From positions 7,917 to 71,916 of the forward strand of contig JAFPXC010000028.1 in the NCBI GenBank assembly GCA_017394805.1: 64,000 bases of DNA, written 5' to 3'. A program made the position numbers and the translations under genes. Origin of the DNA: Clostridia bacterium (lineage in GTDB: Bacteria > Bacillota > Clostridia > Christensenellales > CAG-1252). Positions 17,069 to 23,710 of the stretch are shown here, one piece after another. Positions within the stretch are counted from its first letter, which is position 1. Each line of letters opens with the position of its first letter. The notes beneath the pieces were generated by a model that saw only the letters and a program-made list of their open reading frames with translations, was not told where the DNA came from and did not search any database.

Positions 17069-18322
17069 ATGAAACGCGTGATAATGGGACTATTGGCGAT
17101 AGCAACGTGCTGTCTGATGACGGCGATAGGCTTGGCGGCGTGCATAAAGCCGCAAAGGATAGCATACGAGGAGCCGAAAGACACCCGTGCGATTGAATAC
17201 GACGTGGAAATGCGCCTCGTCCCGACCGAGGACAAGACGACGGGCACGGCGCGATTCGTCTACGAGGCGACGGCGGACGGCGTGGATGTCGTGCGGCTAC
17301 GGTCGGAAGCGGCGGTGACGAAAGCAAGGGCAAACGGCGAAGACGTGCGCGTAAACCCCATGGACGTATATACCCTTTTGGCGCTACCGACGGAAATGCG
17401 CAAAGGGGAAACCATAGAAGTGGAAGTGGACTTCGAAATGCCGTGCGCGCAAAAAGGCGACAGGCGCATGGTGAAAGGACTGCCCGTAGTGTGCCAAGCC
17501 GTGGACGAGGCCGGCGAACGATGGGAAGTGACGAACGGGAGCATTAGACTACGGATAGAGGCACCCAAGTCGCAAGTATTGGTGATGAACGGGCGCGACC
17601 TGACGAGAGAATACGGGGAAAACGCGCAGACGGTCGGGGTGATGGTGAACGCAAAAGACGGCTTCGTCCTTTTGGCAAGCCCCTATCTCGTGCGAAAGAC
17701 CGCGACCGTGGGCGATACGACGTGGGAATACTACGCCGAAACCGTGGACGCCCTAACCTACCAAACCATCTGCGCGGTGGCCGAGAAGGCCCGCGAATTG
17801 TGGGGGGACTGCGGCGAAGAACGGGTGGCCGTGATGGCAGACCTCGAAGAGGACGTGAAAGGGCTGACGGGGATAAACGCGAATCTGCGCGACATTACCG
17901 AAAAAGTCGTGGGACAATGGGGGAAGGTGACGGGCGACGAGCGATTGGCCGGCGGGTTGGCGAAATATACGCTGTGGGAATACTACCGCGCATACGACGA
18001 AGACGAGGCAAACCGCCTGCTGAAAGAGGCGAAGGAACGCGTACACGAGTACGGCGTACTGCATAAAGGAAAGGAAGACGAGGTAAATACGGGCGAAAAA
18101 CGCAAGGCATACGCGCATATACTCGCGGACGAAGGACTATTGTTTTGGGTAAATTTGCGCGAAATAGGGGGTGACGGTATAGGGGAATCCGTGCAAACGA
18201 TACGCAAACGTGGCGAGGTGACGGAAGAAGTCGCTGTGGATATCGTGCGAGAGATAACGGGAAAAGACTACGGGTATTACTTCGAGGCGTGGAGAGAAAG
18301 GAAAGTGCCTATATGCGCGTGA
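17069..18322 (+). CDS. hypothetical lipoprotein
   Basis: 417 aa, signal peptide with lipobox GLAAC. No catalytic motif recognised (no HEXXH). The stop codon is embedded in an 11-bp hairpin. Confidence 0.6.
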   Translation: MKRVIMGLLAIATCCLMTAIGLAACIKPQRIAYEEPKDTRAIEYDVEMRLVPTEDKTTGTARFVYEATADGVDVVRLRSEAAVTKARANGEDVRVNPMDVYTLLALPTEMRKGETIEVEVDFEMPCAQKGDRRMVKGLPVVCQAVDEAGERWEVTNGSIRLRIEAPKSQVLVMNGRDLTREYGENAQTVGVMVNAKDGFVLLASPYLVRKTATVGDTTWEYYAETVDALTYQTICAVAEKARELWGDCGEERVAVMADLEEDVKGLTGINANLRDITEKVVGQWGKVTGDERLAGGLAKYTLWEYYRAYDEDEANRLLKEAKERVHEYGVLHKGKEDEVNTGEKRKAYAHILADEGLLFWVNLREIGGDGIGESVQTIRKRGEVTEEVAVDIVREITGKDYGYYFEAWRERKVPICA

Positions 18323-18510
18323 GGCGCATATAGGCATAGTGAAGTTTCGCCTAAAGGCGAAGTGAAATCCGAGACACAGCCTCGGGAGAAATCCGCGTTG
18401 TCACGCGGGAGAAATCCGCTCGAACCGCGAGCGGGTGAAATCCGACGTCCGTCCGGATGTGGTTTAAGCGTGAATTGATACCCTTTCGGATACCGTGAAT
18501 GGCAACTACG
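18308..18510. repeat. array of short GC-rich hairpins joined by conserved GWGAAATC-type linkers (locus H1)
   Basis: CCTATATGCGC/GCGCATATAGG hairpin, then GTGAAGTT-[TTCGCC taaa GGCGAA]-GTGAAATC-[CGAG..CTCG]-GAGAAATC-[CGCG..CGCG]-GAGAAATC-[CGCTCG..CGAGCG]-GTGAAATC-..., ending with GTGAATG-[GCAAC tac GTTGC]. Confidence 0.75.
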
Positions 18511-18525
18511 TTGCGCTGCGGTTGG

Positions 18526-19284
18526 TCAGATGAACAAAAGGGACAAGGCGATGAGGAATTGGGCAACGTAGTAGGTGACGTGGTTGGAGACGATCATCAG
18601 CTTGCTCTCGGGGTGCAACATGCCCGTCTTTTGATAATCCTCGGGCTTGGAGAAGTAGGTCATCGAGAGAATGAGGTCGGAAACAATGAAGAAGATCGCG
18701 CCCAACAGCATGAGAATATTGGCCGTGGTAGCCCCCACGGTGGCCAGCGTCCAAATGGAAAAGACGACGAACCAGGACAGGAGTAAGGCGTAGCAAACGC
18801 TCGGAATGAGGAACTTGCCGAAACGCATTTTCATCACGCCGACGCTAAGAGCGAAGATGGCGGCGACCAAGCCTACGGCAATGAGCGCGGACCATAAAAG
18901 GCACATACGTCCACCCCCTAAGCGCAACGCGCCCGCGGTGATGTACAGGACGTGGCCGACGCCGAAAGCCGCCATGCCCAAATAGGTCATGATGTCCGCG
19001 TCGCGCTCGGCACGGTCGTAGGAAAGGCCTTTGAGGAAGATCTTGAAGTCCAAGGTGATATCGCCGACCAAACCGCAGACCAAGCCGCCTATGAGCAAAA
19101 GAGCGGGTACGAGGGGCACGGACCAGGCGGGACGCGAAAGAATGGCCGCGACGGCAACGGCGATGAACATCATAGACGTGACCGTCTTGAAGGCGATGGC
19201 CGTGGCGGACGAACGGCGGTCGCGCACGACGCAGAAGAGGGCTAAAAATGCGGTGCCGAGGGCTAAAAACACGTAGGGCATCAT
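18526..19284 (-). CDS. YhhN family membrane protein (lysoplasmalogenase-like)
   Basis: 252 aa, about 8 TM helices, with GDxxLD and SDxxL motifs (LVGDITLD, IVSDLILS) as I recall for YhhN. AAGGAG RBS. Confidence 0.65.
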   Translation of the reverse strand: MMPYVFLALGTAFLALFCVVRDRRSSATAIAFKTVTSMMFIAVAVAAILSRPAWSVPLVPALLLIGGLVCGLVGDITLDFKIFLKGLSYDRAERDADIMTYLGMAAFGVGHVLYITAGALRLGGGRMCLLWSALIAVGLVAAIFALSVGVMKMRFGKFLIPSVCYALLLSWFVVFSIWTLATVGATTANILMLLGAIFFIVSDLILSMTYFSKPEDYQKTGMLHPESKLMIVSNHVTYYVAQFLIALSLLFI

Positions 19285-19495
19285 AAATATTACTCCTTTG
19301 ACCGCCCTACCCTATACGAGGAAAAACGGCGGAAACGATAGTCTACTTACATTATACAACCATACGAACGCCCATTCTTACGAATGGTATCTATACTGCG
19401 TATAGATTGGTCGCTGCGCTCCCTGCGTTCGGTTGCAATGCGGCGCAAGCGTTATGCAAATACTTCGCTTCGCTCGTGCTTGCACGCTTGCTTCT

Positions 19496-19523
19496 ATTAT
19501 ACAATGGAAAAAGTGATTGTCAA
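19496..19523 (-). promoter_or_regulatory. strong sigma-A promoter with tandem TTGTCTATTG repeats, driving a roughly 200-nt leader to the YhhN gene
   Basis: Minus strand TTGACA (19523-19518), 16 nt, TATAAT (19501-19496). TTGTCTATTG occurs twice in tandem, the second copy overlapping the -35. Confidence 0.55.
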
Positions 19524-19638
19524 TAGACAACAATAGACAAATAAGCGAAAAGGCGGGAAAGCAACACGCTCCAAACGACCGCCGCATAGCAAAGAGCCAT
19601 AAGTGGGGGAATAAAGAAGATTATTATGCGCGGGTAGG

Positions 19639-19667
19639 TTGATTTTCGGAAAGAAACGCGCTATCAT
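19639..19667 (+). promoter_or_regulatory. candidate promoter of small acidic protein gene
   Basis: TTGATT (19639-19644), 17 nt, TATCAT (19662-19667), then GGAGG 5 nt before ATG 19685. Confidence 0.45.
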
Positions 19668-19684
19668 AATAGATGGAGGCGCGT

Positions 19685-19918
19685 ATGAGCAACGAACCGA
19701 ACGAATTGGAAAAATTTATTGCGCAAAACAAAGACTTCTTTGACAAATACCAACGCATCAATGAAGAGGTAGAAGAAGAAATGCAGGCTATTGCCGCATA
19801 CAAAGCCGCGCACCCCGAAACGTACGATACGGAATATCAGGTGGAAGTGACGAATAGGTTTATCGAGGATAATCCGGACACGGCGTACGTAGAGATAAAA
19901 GAAGTGAAGAAACCGTAG
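19685..19918 (+). CDS. small acidic hypothetical protein (77 aa)
   Basis: MSNEPNELEKFIAQNKDFFDKYQRINEEVEEEM… The start is chosen by the GGAGG position. Its own promoter-like element and a clean terminator flank it. Locally low GC. Confidence 0.55.
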   Translation: MSNEPNELEKFIAQNKDFFDKYQRINEEVEEEMQAIAAYKAAHPETYDTEYQVEVTNRFIEDNPDTAYVEIKEVKKP

Positions 19919-20008
19919 TCTTTGAACACGCCTCGACAAAGGCATCTTATCTTGAAACCAAAGTGCCGAAATCGAAATGGAAAATCGACCGAAATAGCAT
20001 TATGGCAT

Positions 20009-20038
20009 AAAAAGCCACCCACGTTGGGTGGCTTTTTG
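20009..20038. terminator. rho-independent terminator (A-run / GCCACCCA-cgt-TGGGTGGC / T-run)
   Basis: Perfect 8-bp stem with TTTTT downstream and AAAAA upstream. It could act in both directions between the convergent genes. Confidence 0.75.
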
Positions 20039-20082
20039 ATAACAATCGGGTATGGCAATCGCGACAGACGGAGAGATAGTGC

Positions 20083-20222
20083 CTCTACTTATGGGATCCT
20101 TCGACGCGCGCATAGGATGCGCGGCTCAGGATGACGGCTTGTCCGTCACTTAGGGGATCCCTCGACGCGGCTCGGGATGACGAACGTGGAGAACGCGCCT
20201 TGCGCAAGGGTACAGGATGACG
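20083..20222. repeat. three tandem units of the CTTAGGGGAT…GGATGACG element family
   Basis: Unit a at 20083-20136 (CTCTACTTATGGGATCCTTCGAC-[CGCGCAT agg ATGCGCG]-GCTCAGGATGACG). Unit b at 20146-20182 (TCACTTAGGGGATCCCTCGACGCGGCTCGGGATGACG). Unit c at 20189-20222 is partial (CCTTGCGCAAGG palindrome + ACAGGATGACG). Confidence 0.8.
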
Positions 20223-20246
20223 TGATCGACCGACGATGGGCGGCGG

Positions 20247-21416
20247 TTACTCTAAGACCAACGTGTCGACGGTGGGGAGAAGCTCCTCCAGCCAGCGGCG
20301 GTAGAAGGCGACGGCGTCGGCGGAATCGGGAGAATCCGAACGGCGGGCGGCGCGGCGCAAAAGGCGCATGATGCCGACGACGGCCGCTTTGCGCTCGACC
20401 GAACGAATGACCGCGTCGTTGTCGGTGCCGAGGTAGAGAGAAAGGGACCTGCGCCACACGGCCTCGGCCACGTCGCGCTCGATGCCGAGGAATGCGACGG
20501 ATTTGGCGGGATCGATGGCGGCAAAGCCGTTGTAGGCGTTGAACATAGAGCCCAACTCGAAAATGGGGTGACCGACGCAGACGGTGTCCATGTCGATGAG
20601 AATGGCCTCGCCCGACTGGATCATCACGTTCTTGACGTGGTAGTCGCCGTGCATCATCTTGTCCGAAAAGGGGATCTCGCGCACCAAAGAGAGCAATTTG
20701 TCTCCCGCCTCGGGAGAAAGATAATCTTTGTCGAAGATGGCCCACTCCTCTGCCGTGCGCTTCATATCGTTCATGATCGCTCGGTCGCCCGTGGTGGCGT
20801 GAATCTTTTTGAGCAAGTCCACGTATAAATTCACCATTTCGTCCATGCGCGTGGGCTCGGCGGCCAAAATCTCGGCGATGGACTTGGCGTCCAACAACTC
20901 GAACACCGAACCGTAATTGTCGCCCACCTTGACGACCTCGTAGGAAATGGCGGTGGGAATGCCCAAAATGAAGGCGCGCTTGGCCAACTCGCGCTCGCGG
21001 CGAATGTCGTCCAGGCAGTCGGGCCAGCGGTAGACCTTGACGATGGTGTCGGCGGCGGTGCGGTAGACCTTGCCGTTGGCGCCCTCGCCGATGACGGCGC
21101 ACCCCTCGACGGACAGCGTGCGGAAAGCCTTTTCGATGGGCATCATCTCGGTGAAGCCCGTCATTTCGAAGATATCGTACACGTCGGGTTGAACGTCGAC
21201 AAGGCGAAGCGTGGGATACGCTTTGCGCAATTTGAGTACGACGCGAAGACCTGCGGACGACACGTAGTCCAAACGGGCGCAGTCCAACACCACCTTTTCG
21301 GCGGGATTGGCACGGCATACGGCGAACGCCTGCGCCTCGGACTCGGCGGCATTTTGGGAGTCGATCCGCCCCACTAAATAAACGGTAAGGACGTTGTCTT
21401 TGAGCGTATATTCCAT
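20247..21416 (-). CDS. STAS (anti-sigma-factor-antagonist-like) domain fused to a protein-kinase-like / APH-type phosphotransferase domain
   Basis: N-terminal about 105 aa: MEYTLKDNVLTVYLVGRID…LDCARLDYVSSAGLRVVLKL (STAS with a DxxSSxG site). C-terminal part: IGEGANGKVYR (GxGxxG), IVKVY (Lys), HGDYHVKNVM (HxDxHxxN), LIDMDT. AAGGAG RBS. Confidence 0.75.
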   Translation of the reverse strand: MEYTLKDNVLTVYLVGRIDSQNAAESEAQAFAVCRANPAEKVVLDCARLDYVSSAGLRVVLKLRKAYPTLRLVDVQPDVYDIFEMTGFTEMMPIEKAFRTLSVEGCAVIGEGANGKVYRTAADTIVKVYRWPDCLDDIRRERELAKRAFILGIPTAISYEVVKVGDNYGSVFELLDAKSIAEILAAEPTRMDEMVNLYVDLLKKIHATTGDRAIMNDMKRTAEEWAIFDKDYLSPEAGDKLLSLVREIPFSDKMMHGDYHVKNVMIQSGEAILIDMDTVCVGHPIFELGSMFNAYNGFAAIDPAKSVAFLGIERDVAEAVWRRSLSLYLGTDNDAVIRSVERKAAVVGIMRLLRRAARRSDSPDSADAVAFYRRWLEELLPTVDTLVLE

Positions 21417-21446
21417 AAGTATCTCCTTTGTGCTTCTACCTGCCGA

Positions 21447-22013
21447 CTACACTTCGGCGAACAGGTGGTCTACGTCCCACGACAACTCCATAAACGCCTC
21501 CGTGCCCTCGAACGTGGGGCGCAAAACGTCCACGACCGAACGATAGTACCAGGCAACCTTGGCGGGATCCTTTTGGTTGAACACGTCCCACATCGCGTCG
21601 CCTTTGAGCGCGTGAAGGCGCATAAGGGAGCGCACGTTGGAAAGCTTGTCGGAAAGCCAAATCACCCTGACAGCGTAGTCGTCGGTGGATTTGAGCCGCG
21701 CGATGGACTCCTCTTTGCGCCGCTGCCACGTCGCCGAGGCGGGTAAGTCGCGATATTTATTCTCGCTGTCGTGCTCGACCAAGTAGGCCACGCGGGCGCC
21801 GAAACGCGCCTCGATATCGGCCTCGGTGGCGGCGGTATCCTCCACGACGTCGTGCAAAACGGCCGCGACCAACGTATCCTCGTCCTCGGTGACGGTGGAA
21901 GCGATGACGGCAACCTCCATCGGATGCAAAATGTAGGGTAACGCCGCGCCTTTGCGCAGTTGGGCGCTGTGGCAGTCTACGGCGTACTTGATGGCTTGGT
22001 TGAGTTTGTCCAT
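21447..22013 (-). CDS. HD-domain protein, RelA/SpoT-type (p)ppGpp hydrolase-like (small alarmone hydrolase candidate)
   Basis: Start at ATG 22013 (MDKLNQAIKYAVDCHSAQLRKG…PYILHPMEVAVI…LHDVVEDT…) with GGAGAG upstream. The track start is a TTG four codons earlier. The H…HD…ED pattern matches HD_4/SpoT hydrolase domains. Confidence 0.7.
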   Translation of the reverse strand: MDKLNQAIKYAVDCHSAQLRKGAALPYILHPMEVAVIASTVTEDEDTLVAAVLHDVVEDTAATEADIEARFGARVAYLVEHDSENKYRDLPASATWQRRKEESIARLKSTDDYAVRVIWLSDKLSNVRSLMRLHALKGDAMWDVFNQKDPAKVAWYYRSVVDVLRPTFEGTEAFMELSWDVDHLFAEV

Positions 22014-22057
22014 AATTCTCTCCAAATAGAAGATTTGACCGCAAATGCGTCATTATT

Positions 22058-22087
22058 ACTATACCAAACGAAGCGGCTCAATGTCAA
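22058..22087 (-). promoter_or_regulatory. sigma-A promoter of the HD-hydrolase / STAS-kinase operon
   Basis: Minus strand TTGACA (22087-22082), 18 nt, TGgTATAGT extended -10 (TATAGT = 22063-22058). Confidence 0.55.
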
Positions 22088-22123
22088 CGATATGCGGGCG
22101 AGCGAATAAAAATCAAAAAAGGG

Positions 22124-22152
22124 TTGTCAAAACGGGAGAATTGCATTATACT
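22124..22152 (+). promoter_or_regulatory. promoter of ssrA (tmRNA)
   Basis: TTGTCA (22124-22129), 17 nt, TATACT (22147-22152), about 25 nt upstream of the mature 5' end. Confidence 0.55.
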
Positions 22153-22177
22153 ATATAGTGCAACGATCGAAACACGT

Positions 22178-22524
22178 GGGAGTGTTCTGGTATTCGACAC
22201 GTTCGATGGGGCATCGTAAGCATACCGAAGGCTCGTCTTCGTAAAAACGGAAGCGTTTTCAAAGAAACGACAACAAACAATCTTTGGCGTTCGCTGCTTA
22301 ATGCGAACTGTCACACCGTCAAGCCTACTGGGGCGGCTGTGGCATCATAAGGTGTAGGGAACCGAGGCGCGTCCTGCCGCGTGGCGCGTAACGGAATTCA
22401 GCGGCTTGGGATAGGTAGCCTGTCTGCGGGCGACCGCCTCCGACATCAAATCACAAGACTAAGTATGTAGAAAGCGTTGTGACGTCCTGCGCGGACAAGG
22501 GTTCAACTCCCTTCACTTCCACCA
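22178..22524 (+). ncRNA. ssrA: tmRNA (transfer-messenger RNA), 347 nt
   Basis: 5' GGGAGTG pairs with 3' CACTTCC-ACCA, including the G3:U alanine identity pair. TATTCGACA-type 5' region. T-arm AAGGGTTCAACTCCCTT. The internal tag ORF ends …AAC GAC AAC AAA CAA TCT TTG GCG TTC GCT GCT TAA (…NDNKQSLAFAA*, stop 22299-22301). Confidence 0.93.
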
Positions 22525-22568
22525 AAAAAGGCAACCACAGAGGTTGCCTTTTTTGGTGGAAGTGAAGG
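22510..22568 (+). terminator. ssrA terminator embedded in a 27-bp perfect inverted repeat
   Basis: The core terminator is AAAAAAGGCAACC-acaga-GGTTGCCTTTTTT. The complementarity extends to 22510-22536 / 22542-22568 and includes the last 15 nt of the mature tmRNA. Confidence 0.8.
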
Positions 22569-22650
22569 TTGCCTTTCGCCCCCATTGTCTTTGGGCTTTG
22601 CACAGTTATATTCGGCTTGCGACGAGTTATAGCGCTATGCGCGCAATTTG

Positions 22651-23457
22651 TCAGGGCATGGTGACGCTGAGGACGGGAAGGACGCCGAGTTCGTCGGTGA
22701 CCTCGCGGCCGGTGTCGGGTAGAACGAGGGAGGCGATTTGGTCGAAGCCGAAGGTGGCGGCGCGGGTGGCGGTGGCGTCGGCCGTGCGAAGCCAACCGGT
22801 GCCGAGGCCGTCGGGGGTGGCGACGGCGCCCATCGCGCGGGCGTAATCGGTGGGAGAAAACGGACGGGAGGGGGACTGCATACCCTCTATCTCGGGGCGG
22901 GAAAAGAGAAACACACCGTCCCACGTGAGGGGTTGGACGCACCACGGGGCGTTGTCGGCGGAAAGGACGACGGAGCGACCGTCCAGAACGGTCTCTTGCC
23001 CCAAACTGTCGTTGTCTAACACCAAATCGGTGATGCGCGCCTTGGTGCGGGCGTCAAGACAAGCCAAAGCGAAGTTCTGCAACTCCTTGCGAACGTAGGA
23101 CGTGCCCCACTCGTTGGAACTGTCGTCGAAGGGGCAAGTGAACAGCACGTGGCGGCTGACGAGAATGCCCTTGTCCTCGGACAAGAAATAGGGGTACCAC
23201 GCGATGGGCTGTACCTGAAAATAGCGTTTCTCGCCCAAAGTCATGGGCGTGCCGTCCGAGAACATGCCCGTGCCGCGAACGTAGACCTTGGCGTACAATT
23301 TGCCGTCGAAACGGCTACGATAGTAACCGCGCTCGTCGGGGGTGGCGCCCATAGCGGCCTCCGCCTCGGGAGAGGCGACGGTTTGGGGGCATTGTCCGGC
23401 ATAGACGAAGGATTCCTCGATTTGTTGTTGGGGTTGAAGAATGGCGGTGGGATCCAT
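22651..23457 (-). CDS. hypothetical protein, DUF6273-like
   Basis: 268 aa, AAGGAG RBS, no signal peptide. The pattern …PIAWYPYFLSEDKGILVSRHVL…SNEWGTSYVRKELQNF…DGVFLFSRPEI…GWLRTADATA…GVLPVLSV resembles the W-RVL / W..S.lR.wLN / vFLLS / WWLRS / GVRPA logic I recall for that family. Confidence 0.5.
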   Translation of the reverse strand: MDPTAILQPQQQIEESFVYAGQCPQTVASPEAEAAMGATPDERGYYRSRFDGKLYAKVYVRGTGMFSDGTPMTLGEKRYFQVQPIAWYPYFLSEDKGILVSRHVLFTCPFDDSSNEWGTSYVRKELQNFALACLDARTKARITDLVLDNDSLGQETVLDGRSVVLSADNAPWCVQPLTWDGVFLFSRPEIEGMQSPSRPFSPTDYARAMGAVATPDGLGTGWLRTADATATRAATFGFDQIASLVLPDTGREVTDELGVLPVLSVTMP

Positions 23458-23473
23458 GAGAAACTCCTTTCGC

Positions 23474-23632
23474 GTGAAGTTTCGCCTATCAGCGAAGTGA
23501 CATTCCCCTTACGGGGAGAGGGTGAAATCCAAGGCGTAGCCTTGGGAGAAATCCGCGCATTCGCACGGGTGAAATCGGCGCAACGCGCCATCCTGAGCGT
23601 AGTCGTTAAACGACGAAGTCGAAGGACCTAGT
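23474..23632. repeat. hairpin array with GWGAAATC linkers (locus H2), followed by an inverted copy of the GGATGACG-family element
   Basis: GTGAAGTT-[TCGC ctatca GCGA]-AGTGACATT-[CCCC ttac GGGG]-…GGTGAAATC-[CAAGG cgtag CCTTG]-GGAGAAATC-[CGCG…]-GGTGAAATC-[GGCGC aa GCGCC], then CATCCTGAGC-[hairpin]-GTCGAAGGAC (23588-23632). Confidence 0.75.
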
Positions 23633-23710
23633 CGTCGGGATATGGACGCAAGCGCAACGACGTACCGCCACGCGGTGCGAAACGGTCGCCGATGGCAGCC
23701 GAACGATTGG

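Noticed and set aside
18338-18510. Possible CRISPR array (regularly spaced short conserved sequence); the same question applies to 23474-23592
   Set aside because: The conserved unit is only about 8 nt and the intervening segments are self-complementary hairpins of 13-20 nt. No 25-40 nt repeats, spacers of typical length or cas genes are present. I classified it as a hairpin-repeat element instead.
22084-22314. 76-aa minus-strand ORF
   Set aside because: It overlaps the ssrA promoter and the 5' half of the tmRNA gene. The tmRNA call is strongly supported (acceptor stem with G3:U, T-arm, tag ORF, CCA end, terminator).
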